A stretch of 64,000 nucleotides of DNA, from positions 22,323 through 86,322 of the IMG/VR virus record IMGVR_UViG_3300041583_000385; one strand, given 5' to 3'. Under the pieces are notes generated by a model. That model had not been told where the DNA came from and searched no databases. It saw only the letters and a program-made list of their open reading frames with translations. Made by a program: the position numbers and the translations under genes. The DNA comes from a virus. This document shows positions 1 to 9,119 of the stretch, in pieces (position 1 is the first letter of the stretch; each line of letters opens with the position of its first letter).

Positions 1-350
1 ATACCCTTCTCTATATCAAATAATATATACTCCATATCTTCAATAGATGGGTTCATATCACTACAATATTTTTCTTTAACAGAATCTCTTATCAATACAA
101 CAGATTTACAATTATATGTTGTTACATACATACTACCATTTGGTAATGTTTTATTTCTAATCCATATAGATGGTGATTTTTCTATCTCCCATTTATTATC
201 TGATAATGTATATTTTACTTCCATTTCATACTCAGTGGAATCTTCTCCATGTGCGGTTAATGATCTCTTATGAGTTCGATATTTAGAAGATGGTGATTTC
301 TCACGCCATACCAATGCACCAGAATTGGTGACACCACATAGTGACTCCAT
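1..350 (-). CDS. hypothetical protein, partial (runs off window edge)
   Basis: ATG at 350 opens a frame (MESLCGVTNSGALVWREK...) with no stop before position 1; not in the ORF track. Confidence 0.55.
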   Translation of the reverse strand, partial: MESLCGVTNSGALVWREKSPSSKYRTHKRSLTAHGEDSTEYEMEVKYTLSDNKWEIEKSPSIWIRNKTLPNGSMYVTTYNCKSVVLIRDSVKEKYCSDMNPSIEDMEYILFDIEKG

Positions 351-363
351 TACCCCATTTAAC

Positions 364-576
364 CTATCTTCCACCATATTTGAAATTTTTATTAACCCAA
401 CCTACTGAGAAATTATTATATTCATTTGCATATAATATGTGATTTAAACAAACCATAACCTCTACATCCTCATTATCTACATAAAGTACTTCATAAGTTT
501 TACCCTTCTCGAAGAGTGGCATATTCATTATGTTCGTTATTTCATTTATACAAATTAATTTGTCTCCTTTTCTCAT
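364..576 (-). CDS. hypothetical protein (small beta-rich domain)
   Basis: 70 aa ORF, KGDKLICI...KGKTYEV pattern common in small phage proteins. Confidence 0.6.
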   Translation of the reverse strand: MRKGDKLICINEITNIMNMPLFEKGKTYEVLYVDNEDVEVMVCLNHILYANEYNNFSVGWVNKNFKYGGR

Positions 577-591
577 ATATTTTTTATTAAA

Positions 592-841
592 AAATTAGTA
601 TAAGTTGAGCTTACCCAACATTTTGCTTTATGCTATCATCTATCTATTGCCACAAACCCGACCATCAAAGGGGAACCGATACCCTAGGTCTGTACGTGTC
701 GCTACTTCCGTGGTGCTAACGACTATCCGAAGACCGCCTCCCACGTTAGGTTCAGTAGTGTCGAGGTTTCTCCAGTATCTCTATAAATGAGATTTACACC
801 CTTACGGGACCGGCGATAGCTTCTCTGACTTATACTAATTT
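592..841 (-). ncRNA. rnpB: minimal RNase P RNA-like gene (catalytic domain intact, S-domain reduced, no P18)
   Basis: GC-rich intergenic island. P1 14-bp inverted repeat (592-605/828-841); P2 GCUAUCG/UGAUAGC; P3 CCGGU/ACUGG; P4 ACC(U)CGACA/UGUUGGGU with bulged U; P5 CUAC/GUAG; CGGGU L15 motif; UAGAUAGAU (CR-IV-like); CAAAA...UA (CR-V-like). Confidence 0.85.
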
Positions 842-1311
842 ATTATTAATGCTAAATTATATTCTCTTTTTAATTTCATTGTCCAAGTTTCCACCTTCTG
901 TTTAACTAGGCGATGTAAACAATTATATTCTCTTTTATTAATTTCTTCTAAGTTACCAATATGTTTAGTAAATAATGACATTAAATCTTCTGGTGTCATT
1001 ATATCATTAAATCTACCACTAGGATCCAATAGGTTAATTTCGTTTATGAAATTAATTATAGGTAATACTTCATACCAGTTTTCACCCTTTTTATCCCATG
1101 TATTAAACCATTTACGTATAACTAAATGAAAATATGATTTATTTTCTAAAAAAAACTCATATGTCATATTTACCTCTTTTGGTTTAATACCAATATATTT
1201 ATCCCATTTTTCAATTAGATAATCTTTATCACAGTCTAATACTTTAATATCCATCGTTTGATGGAAATTAAATGTGAAATTAATAAGGTTATCTAATTGT
1301 CCCTTTGTCAT
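835..1311 (-). CDS. hypothetical protein with C-terminal tag (KREYNLALIIN)
   Basis: 158 aa ORF; ATG lies 5 nt downstream of a TATATTTG promoter element. Confidence 0.7.
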   Translation of the reverse strand: MTKGQLDNLINFTFNFHQTMDIKVLDCDKDYLIEKWDKYIGIKPKEVNMTYEFFLENKSYFHLVIRKWFNTWDKKGENWYEVLPIINFINEINLLDPSGRFNDIMTPEDLMSLFTKHIGNLEEINKREYNCLHRLVKQKVETWTMKLKREYNLALIIN

Positions 1312-1316
1312 AATTA

Positions 1317-1346
1317 CAAATATACGTAAAATTGAAAGAAAAACAA
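1317..1346 (-). promoter_or_regulatory. Bacteroidota housekeeping-sigma (early) promoter TTG-N19-TATATTTG
   Basis: minus strand TTG(1346-1344)-N19-TATATTTG(1324-1317); would drive ORF 835-1311 and the RNase P-like RNA. Confidence 0.75.
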
Positions 1347-1384
1347 GGGTTTTTTATATATAATTAAAATTTGAAAAATTTATT

Positions 1385-2272
1385 ATGAAAATAAAACATA
1401 AAGTTATAAAAGAGTTTCAATATCTTAGTCCAGATAAGAAAATCTTCATATTAAAACTTGGTACTATACTAAACAACTATAATTATAAAATTAAAGATGA
1501 ATTGATATTAGTTGATAAAGATATAATTGATAATAATCCACAATATTTTCAAGTAGTTGATTGGAAAGAAGAGATTCACTCATTTATAAAAACAAATAAA
1601 TTACCATCACCAAAAACATTAGCTAATAAGCTAATACCGTTTATGGAGGATATGATATTATCATCTATGGCTAAAAGTACTGATACTGGTGCACAAGTAG
1701 ATGAAGATAGATTAAAAGAAATCGAAAGTAAAGAATCTGATTTAAATAATAGAGAGAAGAGAATTAAAAGTAAAGAAGAAGAACTTGAAATTAGATCAAA
1801 CAGAGTTGAGAAGAGAGAGGAAGATTATAGAGAATGTCTTAAAGATTTAGATAGTAAAGAAGATTCACTCAGAGAAAAATCTAAAGATTTAAAAGAAAGA
1901 GAATTGGATGTGCAAGATAAGTTACAAGATATTAACGAAAAGGAAAGAAACCTTGATAGAACTATATTAGAATCATCTAAAGATATCGATATTAAATATA
2001 CTGAGTTACAATCAAAAATTGATAAAGATTTAAAAACTGTTACTGAGAAAGAGAAAGGATTAGAAATAACCGCAAAGGATATTAAAAAGAGAGAAGATAA
2101 ACTCTTAGATAGGGAAGATGAAATAGATGATTTATTAAGAGATATAGAAAGAAAGAAAGAAGAATTTCAAGATTGGGGTGAAGAGGTAGTTAAATTAGAC
2201 CAAGAAATAAAAGATTGGGAAAAACTACATTGGAAGTTCAAAAGATTGAAGAAGCCGCCTTCTGCTATTTAA
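1385..2272 (+). CDS. coiled-coil protein
   Basis: C-terminal half has charged heptads (KExxLxxRE repeats); TTTATATATA upstream. Confidence 0.75.
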   Translation: MKIKHKVIKEFQYLSPDKKIFILKLGTILNNYNYKIKDELILVDKDIIDNNPQYFQVVDWKEEIHSFIKTNKLPSPKTLANKLIPFMEDMILSSMAKSTDTGAQVDEDRLKEIESKESDLNNREKRIKSKEEELEIRSNRVEKREEDYRECLKDLDSKEDSLREKSKDLKERELDVQDKLQDINEKERNLDRTILESSKDIDIKYTELQSKIDKDLKTVTEKEKGLEITAKDIKKREDKLLDREDEIDDLLRDIERKKEEFQDWGEEVVKLDQEIKDWEKLHWKFKRLKKPPSAI

Positions 2273-2353
2273 CTATAAAAAATCCATATATCAAAGTAAC
2301 ATAAAAAACCGACCAGATAGTATAGTTTAAGGTATCATGATGTTACATGAAGT

Positions 2354-2608
2354 TTAAATAGAAAATAAAAAAAGGTCTATATCATCACCAATTGTGCTTT
2401 TGATTTTACTAATATCGGATTTATCGATAACATTGAATGATTGATATACATTAATTATATCATCATCACTTTGTTTATTTTGAATGAATTTAGAAATAGA
2501 GTCGCAAAACTTATTGAATTTGCTGATACCATCATATTTCTCAAGTACTGACCATAATATTTCTCTCTTTCCCATACTACAAGATAAGGAAAAGTATTGA
2601 ATTACCAA
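2354..2608 (-). CDS. hypothetical protein
   Basis: 84 aa ORF overlapping the stop of the upstream gene. Confidence 0.55.
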   Translation of the reverse strand: MVIQYFSLSCSMGKREILWSVLEKYDGISKFNKFCDSISKFIQNKQSDDDIINVYQSFNVIDKSDISKIKSTIGDDIDLFLFSI

Positions 2609-3306
2609 AGCATTTTAGCTACGGATTTATGTTGTTTATCTGTTAAATATCCTCTTTTCTCATAAAAATCAAGAACACTACTTAAAAATGAATTTGAATC
2701 TTTATTTAATTTGAATCTCAATTGTCTTATTAAATTAACCGACTTATCTGTGTCTTCATTAAGAATTTGGTTTAATTTAATATTTCTTAGCTCAGATGTT
2801 CCAATTTTTTTATTTAAGTACTCCATAAACTCATTCCATTGTACTTCTTCAATTGAATAATAATTTTTAGTAAATGGACTTATTATAATTTTTAAACCAT
2901 TACCCTCTTGTAGTAAGTATAGAGAATTAACGGGGCAATTTTGATACCTAACACTTATCCTAGTGTCTCTTTTTGATATATCAACAAATACAGTATCTAA
3001 GTCATAAAAGTTATCAGGATCAAATGTAAACACATCTGAATCAAATTCAAATTTACCAAATTCTGATAATAATTTTTCAATATCTTGTAATGTTAAATCA
3101 TTTATTAGAACACCATTATTTATAATAGCTTCAATTGGTTTGAAAAAGTCTTTTTTATTAAATATACTAGGATCCACACGAGCGAAATCAGCGGTCATAG
3201 ATGAAATACCATCTGGTATATAAGGAGTTGTTACCCCACCCCAAGCATTGTATTGGGGCACACCAAAATCATCATCTATTTGTAAACTTATGAAAAAATC
3301 TAACAT
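2602..3306 (-). CDS. hypothetical protein with internal RNIKLNQIL tag and C-terminal FLSSV..LTDKQ module
   Basis: 234 aa ORF in an early operon. Confidence 0.7.
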   Translation of the reverse strand: MLDFFISLQIDDDFGVPQYNAWGGVTTPYIPDGISSMTADFARVDPSIFNKKDFFKPIEAIINNGVLINDLTLQDIEKLLSEFGKFEFDSDVFTFDPDNFYDLDTVFVDISKRDTRISVRYQNCPVNSLYLLQEGNGLKIIISPFTKNYYSIEEVQWNEFMEYLNKKIGTSELRNIKLNQILNEDTDKSVNLIRQLRFKLNKDSNSFLSSVLDFYEKRGYLTDKQHKSVAKMLW

Positions 3307-3647
3307 GATAACTTTTGTTCAGTTAATTTATCTTTTAATTTAATAAGTCCAAACATCTTAGTTCTTTGGAACGTTGGGAATTTATCACCATTCTTAACAA
3401 TCCATTCCATATCATGTAATCTTTTTATGGAATACATAACATAATAAGTAGTATATCTTTTTTTGAATTTTATTTGCATCCAGTTATTGAATAAATAACG
3501 TTTGCTTATTCTAACAAACCCTTCTCTTTTCTTAAACCTCTCTATGCTTTCTTTTAGATTCTCAATAACAACAGAGTATGAGTGACCATCCTCCAATAAT
3601 GCTTGAATTTTTTTGTCAATATGTTCTTCTATTCTACTTGGTTTCAT
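3300..3647 (-). CDS. hypothetical protein
   Basis: 115 aa ORF; TATATTTG 5 nt upstream of the ATG. Confidence 0.65.
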   Translation of the reverse strand: MKPSRIEEHIDKKIQALLEDGHSYSVVIENLKESIERFKKREGFVRISKRYLFNNWMQIKFKKRYTTYYVMYSIKRLHDMEWIVKNGDKFPTFQRTKMFGLIKLKDKLTEQKLSC

Positions 3648-3676
3648 AGAGACAAATATAAGGAAATAATATTAAT

Positions 3677-3997
3677 TTACCTAATTAGAGATACTGTCCC
3701 ATAGAATATTTTAGAACATTCTGACCCATAAGCAACAACCTCATAAAGGTAAACACCTCTTTCACACAAATTCCCATTATATAATCCATTCCACTTATCA
3801 CCAACAAAAACTAACATACCCCATCGATTATAAATTGAAAGTTTATAACTTGTATAAGAGTTTATATATGTTGGGTAAAACTCACTATTCGTGCTCATTG
3901 TTGGTGTGAAAGCATTTGGTGAAATTATAGTATCATTACATTGTGAAAATGTAAATATTGATAATAGTAATAGAATTGATGTTAATAATATTTTCAT
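3677..3997 (-). CDS. signal peptide plus stand-alone T9SS type-B C-terminal sorting domain (CHU_C/gliding-motility CTD)
   Basis: MKILLTSILLLLSIFTFSQC signal peptide; PNAFTP, IYNRWGMLVF, WNG, GVYLY, GTVSLIR motifs; start moved to ATG 3997. Confidence 0.85.
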   Translation of the reverse strand: MKILLTSILLLLSIFTFSQCNDTIISPNAFTPTMSTNSEFYPTYINSYTSYKLSIYNRWGMLVFVGDKWNGLYNGNLCERGVYLYEVVAYGSECSKIFYGTVSLIR

Positions 3998-4001
3998 AAG
4001 T

Positions 4002-4574
4002 TTATTTATTATTAGACCAGCCTCTTTTTTCAATTTTTCTAAAATTAGGCTCATCTTTTATTTTATCTAAGTATTTTATTAATTTAAATAGGTATGTATC
4101 ATCAGTATCTCCGTAAAAAGGAGGCATCTTAATAACATTACCATATGAATCAATATGCTCTGGTTTATCATCAACCATCAATACTCTCTCCATATCATAT
4201 CCCCTTTTACTCAATTTGGAAATGTTTTTCTTATACACATAGTGTCCCATTCCACATCCCTCACCATGGTCATATTGTGGTGTGCAATTTTTCTCACTAT
4301 AAAAGAATTTCAATTTAGTAACATCAATATTCATTTTATCAACTAAAAATTCAGCATAGTCTTTACCAGCCGCTGTCCAAATAGCAACATCATAATTTTC
4401 AAATGCGAACTCAATAAATTCTTTTAGACCTGGTCGAAACATAGTTCTATACATACCATCTAAAACATCAAATGAGTTCTTTATAAAATCATAACTCTGT
4501 TTACTTATTTCACTCTCATAAACTGAGTGAAATAAACATTCATCTAAGTCTAATATTAATAATCTGTTTTTCAT
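4002..4574 (-). CDS. NIF/FCP1-like HAD phosphatase
   Basis: LILDLDECL, RPGLKEF, IWTA..KDYA, MVDD, PFYGD.DD.L motifs. Confidence 0.88.
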   Translation of the reverse strand: MKNRLLILDLDECLFHSVYESEISKQSYDFIKNSFDVLDGMYRTMFRPGLKEFIEFAFENYDVAIWTAAGKDYAEFLVDKMNIDVTKLKFFYSEKNCTPQYDHGEGCGMGHYVYKKNISKLSKRGYDMERVLMVDDKPEHIDSYGNVIKMPPFYGDTDDTYLFKLIKYLDKIKDEPNFRKIEKRGWSNNK

Positions 4575-4702
4575 TTTTTGATAAGTTTATTAGCAAAATA
4601 GAATAGTGTTCCTGTTAGATCTCCACCGATATGTGCAAAGTGTGCTATATTATCACCAGGATACATAAACCCACAAAACAATTCAATTGCTATGATTAAT
4701 GG
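4571..4702 (-). pseudogene. rhomboid protease C-terminal remnant
   Basis: start-less frame PLIIAIELFCGFMYPGDNIAHFAHIGGDLTGTLFYF, matching the rhomboid TM6 AHxGG motif. Confidence 0.65.
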
Positions 4703-4951
4703 TCATTCACGCTCTACTTTAAAAAATTCGTCATTTTTATAATAACCATCTATATAAGTGTAAATTGTATTACTTGTTTTAGGTTTAAACCATCTTACTC
4801 TAATAACTTCATCACCATCTAACTCTAATGTATCAGTTAATCCATCATCATCAAATCTACCTCTAAAAAGTGGTATATTAAAACTATTTATAACAGCGTA
4901 GTAATTTGTTACAACAAGATTTGATGGTATTATACCTTGTATAAAATCCAT
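4703..4951 (-). CDS. hypothetical protein
   Basis: 82 aa ORF coupled to the upstream gene. Confidence 0.55.
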   Translation of the reverse strand: MDFIQGIIPSNLVVTNYYAVINSFNIPLFRGRFDDDGLTDTLELDGDEVIRVRWFKPKTSNTIYTYIDGYYKNDEFFKVERE

Positions 4952-5115
4952 TAGTCTCTGTTATCAATAACAGTTCTTTTACACCAATTACAAACAATAA
5001 CAATTCCTGTTTTGTCTCTAATTACTTCTGTTTCACAACTACCTTGACAAAGTGCCTCACCAACAGGTGTGTATTGTGATAACTTATCTTCAATTCTTTC
5101 TTTTAAATTATCCAT
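4951..5115 (-). CDS. small Cys-rich (zinc-ribbon-like) protein
   Basis: 54 aa MDNLKERIEDK...CQGSC...CNWC; TATATTTG 4 nt upstream of the ATG; below ORF track cutoff. Confidence 0.65.
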   Translation of the reverse strand: MDNLKERIEDKLSQYTPVGEALCQGSCETEVIRDKTGIVIVCNWCKRTVIDNRD

Positions 5116-5153
5116 GATACAAATATACGAAATTTTATTAATATATATACACT

Positions 5154-5621
5154 ATGAAGTATATTAAACTATTTGAGAACTTTGACTTCCCACCAAATAT
5201 GAATATTGATGATATTGAGGAAATTTTCTTATCAGTATCAGATCTTGGATTTATATTTCATGACGTACACCTTTGTGATATAGCTTCAATGGGTGATAAA
5301 GATATCATTGGAGATCACAATGAATTAGATATGAATAACCCTCAACGTGCGGTGTCAATTAGATTGGTTATGGATAGAGAGCCTCATAAAAATACAGAAT
5401 TTCATCTCAGTGATGATTTTTATGAGGAATTTAAATTAACCATTGATCATTTTGAAAGTAGGTATGATTGTGAATTATCTAATATCTATATACGTAAAAA
5501 TAAACCAGTTTGGGTAAAAGATATCGATTCTATGAGAAAGTATATTAAATCTTTAACATCTATCAGTTGGATATCATCATTCGATTTAGCATTCACATTA
5601 AATGATACCATTGATAATTAA
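5154..5621 (+). CDS. N-tagged (MKYIKLFE) putative virion-internal paralog
   Basis: N-terminal tag, DIEEIFLSVSDLGF helix, TAATATATA upstream. Confidence 0.75.
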   Translation: MKYIKLFENFDFPPNMNIDDIEEIFLSVSDLGFIFHDVHLCDIASMGDKDIIGDHNELDMNNPQRAVSIRLVMDREPHKNTEFHLSDDFYEEFKLTIDHFESRYDCELSNIYIRKNKPVWVKDIDSMRKYIKSLTSISWISSFDLAFTLNDTIDN

Positions 5622-5951
5622 ATCCCTACGTATTGATATCAATTGTGTTAAAGATTCATCATCTTTTGGATCATAAGGTCTTCTATTCTCTAGAATCTTT
5701 TCCAAATTCTTTATTTGAGTATTAATAATAGGTATTGAAATTTCTTTCTTATTATAATTTAACCAATCCTCTTTTATGTATCTTGGCATGTTAGAAACGT
5801 CTTTTATATTTTCAATATCATCTTTTAGATAAAAATAGTTATCATTAACTTCTGTTATTATGGTAACAAAGCAAATTAAAGTATGATGTTCATATTCGGT
5901 AATTTGTGATATAATAACCCAAGGATCAATGTTTATTTCCCTATCATCCAT
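5598..5951 (-). CDS. hypothetical protein with C-terminal tag (RRDLIINGII)
   Basis: 117 aa ORF. Confidence 0.65.
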   Translation of the reverse strand: MDDREINIDPWVIISQITEYEHHTLICFVTIITEVNDNYFYLKDDIENIKDVSNMPRYIKEDWLNYNKKEISIPIINTQIKNLEKILENRRPYDPKDDESLTQLISIRRDLIINGII

Positions 5952-6558
5952 TATTTTTACTATAATCTTCTAGAAATACCTTTTCTTCATTTGATAGACT
6001 ATCCATTCCTTTTTTACCAATTTTATCCAAAATATCATCAATATCGAATCTGGAATCATTTTCTTGTTGAATCACTTCAATATCAGATGGTTGATTCATA
6101 CCCTTCATCTGATCTGGATTTATATTAAATGTTTTTTCAAAATCTGGTCTATAAAACTTGAACCCCAATACTTCAACAATATCATTTATTTGCTTTTTAT
6201 ATCTTTTCTCAATAGTAAATACGATATCATCAGTAACATTACTTTCTATTGATGATGATGTATAAATACACTTTTCTTTTTGAAATATAGCTATATCCTT
6301 ACTATCCATCATATAAACAATATCAACTTCTCCATGATCCTTTAACTCAGATTTAATAAAAACCGTATTATTAACACGGTTTTTAAATTCAGATTTCCCT
6401 CTTGATATATTTGATAAAATTTGTTTGAATTGTTCAGTTATGCCTTTTAACATAACATCCTTCTTAATTTTATTATACCACTCTGATATAACTTTATATA
6501 CCATACCACCGATAGCTAAACCAGCAAAAAATACAATTAGAATTTGTAAAATATTCAT
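5944..6558 (-). CDS. membrane-anchored protein with C-terminal DUF6576-like hairpin
   Basis: N-terminal TM helix; IDDILDKIGKKGMDSLSNEEKVFL C-terminus. Confidence 0.7.
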   Translation of the reverse strand: MNILQILIVFFAGLAIGGMVYKVISEWYNKIKKDVMLKGITEQFKQILSNISRGKSEFKNRVNNTVFIKSELKDHGEVDIVYMMDSKDIAIFQKEKCIYTSSSIESNVTDDIVFTIEKRYKKQINDIVEVLGFKFYRPDFEKTFNINPDQMKGMNQPSDIEVIQQENDSRFDIDDILDKIGKKGMDSLSNEEKVFLEDYSKNNG

Positions 6559-6565
6559 ATATTAT

Positions 6566-7699
6566 TTATTTAATTTTGTAAACTTCTTTTCTTATTTTAA
6601 TGATTAAATCATTAACCATTTCACCATCAACTTTTGTTGGTAAATTGGACTCTTTGTAAATTTCATCAATCTGTTTAATTTCAGATTCAACATCATCAAT
6701 TAAAGTTTGTAGATCAACTTCACCTCTTCTAATAGAGATAAGTTCTTTAGCATTATCACGTCTTGTAATAATACCCTTTCCTTCTCCTATTTCACGAGCC
6801 ATACCCATTAGACGAACACAGTGCATCATATTCTTACCATCAATTTTCTGACCGTGAGATTTAACATCGACCCATCTAGCCTCATTTCTTTCTTCTAACC
6901 AAGTTTGGTAAGAGTTATAATCTTTACAGTGTTGTGAATATCCATCCTTGTTATAAGATATATGACCAATGAAGTAATCACTAGGACAGTTTATTGGAAT
7001 TGAACTTAATCTAAGTTCATTAGATTCCTCAAATGCGATTCCTCTAAACCCTTGATTCTTATCTGAAACTATTTCAGGGAAAGGAAGTTTAGATAATTTG
7101 AAATCATAAAATAAAGCGTATGTATCTCTACTATGTGGTACGTTTGATAATCCACAAAACTTTTGATCCATTTTTTTATCTTCGAGTACTTGTGTGAGTG
7201 GTATAGACTTTTCACCAGAAAGTAGATAACAAAAATCTAATGGTGTCTTACGAGTTACTTTGTCTTTTTCCCAGTTTTGTTTTTTATTCTGACCCTTAGC
7301 CTTACCAATTTGTTGACGTGCATATCCACCAAATGAACTAGCACATCCTTTAGTGATAAATTCATCACGTTTTTCTAATATTTGGTCAAAAATAGGGTCT
7401 TTGTAGATAATACAATCCTCTGGTGTATTAAGTAATTCTAAAACAGTTGGGTTATTACTAGCAAGTAGACCAAGAAATCTACGAACTTCATAGATTACAG
7501 TATCTTGAGTATCATCATTGATTTGTTCTTTATAATTCACACCAAGAATATCATTCATTGGTTGAATAAATACACCAGCATAATCAGTATCAGAACTTTC
7601 AATATTAGTACCGTAAGCGTGAGACCCACGTATGACAAGGTAAAGAGGTTTTGCCCCTGGTGATTTCTCTTGTATTAATTTTAATAGTTCATCTTTCAT
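6566..7699 (-). CDS. Pol-beta superfamily nucleotidyltransferase (RlaP / T4 NrdC.11-like)
   Basis: GSHAYGT...SDTDY.GV, NNPTVLELL, KNMMHCVRL motifs. Confidence 0.85.
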   Translation of the reverse strand: MKDELLKLIQEKSPGAKPLYLVIRGSHAYGTNIESSDTDYAGVFIQPMNDILGVNYKEQINDDTQDTVIYEVRRFLGLLASNNPTVLELLNTPEDCIIYKDPIFDQILEKRDEFITKGCASSFGGYARQQIGKAKGQNKKQNWEKDKVTRKTPLDFCYLLSGEKSIPLTQVLEDKKMDQKFCGLSNVPHSRDTYALFYDFKLSKLPFPEIVSDKNQGFRGIAFEESNELRLSSIPINCPSDYFIGHISYNKDGYSQHCKDYNSYQTWLEERNEARWVDVKSHGQKIDGKNMMHCVRLMGMAREIGEGKGIITRRDNAKELISIRRGEVDLQTLIDDVESEIKQIDEIYKESNLPTKVDGEMVNDLIIKIRKEVYKIK

Positions 7700-7737
7700 T
7701 CTACAAATATAAGAAGATTATTGGTATTTTATGTGAT

Positions 7738-9081
7738 TTATTTGAATTTCTTTTTCAAATCATCTAAGTCTGTTCTATACATATCTTTCGGATCAGTATT
7801 TTCCAAAATCTTAATTTCTTCTTTTTTATTAGAGAAGTCATTCTTTAATTTATCAAATAACTCTTTTGTTAATGAATATAATGGCATTCTTAAAAGATAA
7901 TCATACGAGTCATCAATCTCTTCTAAGCCCATATCTACAATTTGTGAAATTATTTGTGCTTTAGCGACATTGTTTATTTTTAATTTATCATCAAGTATAG
8001 CTTTTATAAACCTACCTCTATTACTTAATATCTTTAATTCTCTGTTTAACTTCTCAAGTTGATATTCTTTTCTTTTGTGATAATAAGTTAATCTAAAATT
8101 AACAAAATATTCAACAATCTCTTCACAAGTTTCAAATATTTTTAACTTACCAAACTCATCAAGAGTTGAGAATATTTCAGTAGAAGATTCTTCTAATTTT
8201 AATAACTTCCTAAGTTTGGTATCATCCAAATCTCCTAATATACTTCTATTAAACTTTATAGTATAATCTATATTATCTTTACAGTTATCATCATAAGAAA
8301 CAATATCCTTATTATCAGATAGTTTATCTAAATGTTCTTCATACTTTTCATAAGTCATCGAAGGTGGTAGTTCAGTTATTCTAACTGTTGATGTATTTAC
8401 TCTTTCAAAAGTTCCTCTTATTATCCACCTCTTATTATTTTCCTCATCTTGTATAAATTCACCTGTGAACTCAGCATATGATGGTTTAATAGACTTTATC
8501 TTTTTACCATCCAATACTTTAACACAAGAAGCTATTAGTTGTTCTACATTTCTATTTAATACATTCGATGCAAATCCAACAGCAATACCTGATGACCCAT
8601 TTAATAAAACAGTTGGTATTATTGGTAGGAAGAATTCCGGTTCGATTGACTCACCCTCTTCTTCCTTATAGTTTAATAATTCAAAATCTTTATAAATTAA
8701 TCTAAAATTCTCATTTAATTTAGTACCGATATATCTAGGTGCTCCTGGTTGTGGGGATCTAAGTGATCCATATTGACCATCCTCTTCTAATAAAGCAGCA
8801 TTGTTCTTGAACTTTTGAGCCATTGTTACAATGGAGTTTTCAAGTGATGTGTTACCGTGGTGATAAAAAGCATCAGATGCTACTTTACCAGCTAATTGAA
8901 AAACTTTTAATGTTTTTTCATTACCAGTTTTCCATATTTGGTTAGAAATATGTATAACTTTTCTTTGAGTAGGTTTAAACCCATCAATCACAGAAGGCAT
9001 TGCTCTACCTTCAATAGAATACATCGCAAACTCTTTGTATTCATCAGATAAAAAATCTGAAATCGTTTTTTCTGTCATCAT
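7738..9081 (-). CDS. DNA topoisomerase II subunit A (T4 gp52-like)
   Basis: DGFKPTQRK, YHHG, APRY active Tyr, NGSSGIAVG; short, lacks gyrase CTD. Confidence 0.95.
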   Translation of the reverse strand: MMTEKTISDFLSDEYKEFAMYSIEGRAMPSVIDGFKPTQRKVIHISNQIWKTGNEKTLKVFQLAGKVASDAFYHHGNTSLENSIVTMAQKFKNNAALLEEDGQYGSLRSPQPGAPRYIGTKLNENFRLIYKDFELLNYKEEEGESIEPEFFLPIIPTVLLNGSSGIAVGFASNVLNRNVEQLIASCVKVLDGKKIKSIKPSYAEFTGEFIQDEENNKRWIIRGTFERVNTSTVRITELPPSMTYEKYEEHLDKLSDNKDIVSYDDNCKDNIDYTIKFNRSILGDLDDTKLRKLLKLEESSTEIFSTLDEFGKLKIFETCEEIVEYFVNFRLTYYHKRKEYQLEKLNRELKILSNRGRFIKAILDDKLKINNVAKAQIISQIVDMGLEEIDDSYDYLLRMPLYSLTKELFDKLKNDFSNKKEEIKILENTDPKDMYRTDLDDLKKKFK

Positions 9082-9088
9082 AGTTTTA

Positions 9089-9114
9089 TATATAGTAAAA
9101 AGTATAGTTTGTTT
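9089..9114 (-). promoter_or_regulatory. putative phage middle promoter AAAC-N18-TATA
   Basis: same spacing recurs upstream of topo B, RNase H, dnaK, nrdB and others. Confidence 0.6.
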
Positions 9115-9119
9115 TTTGT

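Noticed and set aside
605-790. 61 aa ORF on the + strand
   Set aside because: TTG start, atypical composition; it is the antisense shadow of the RNase P-like RNA
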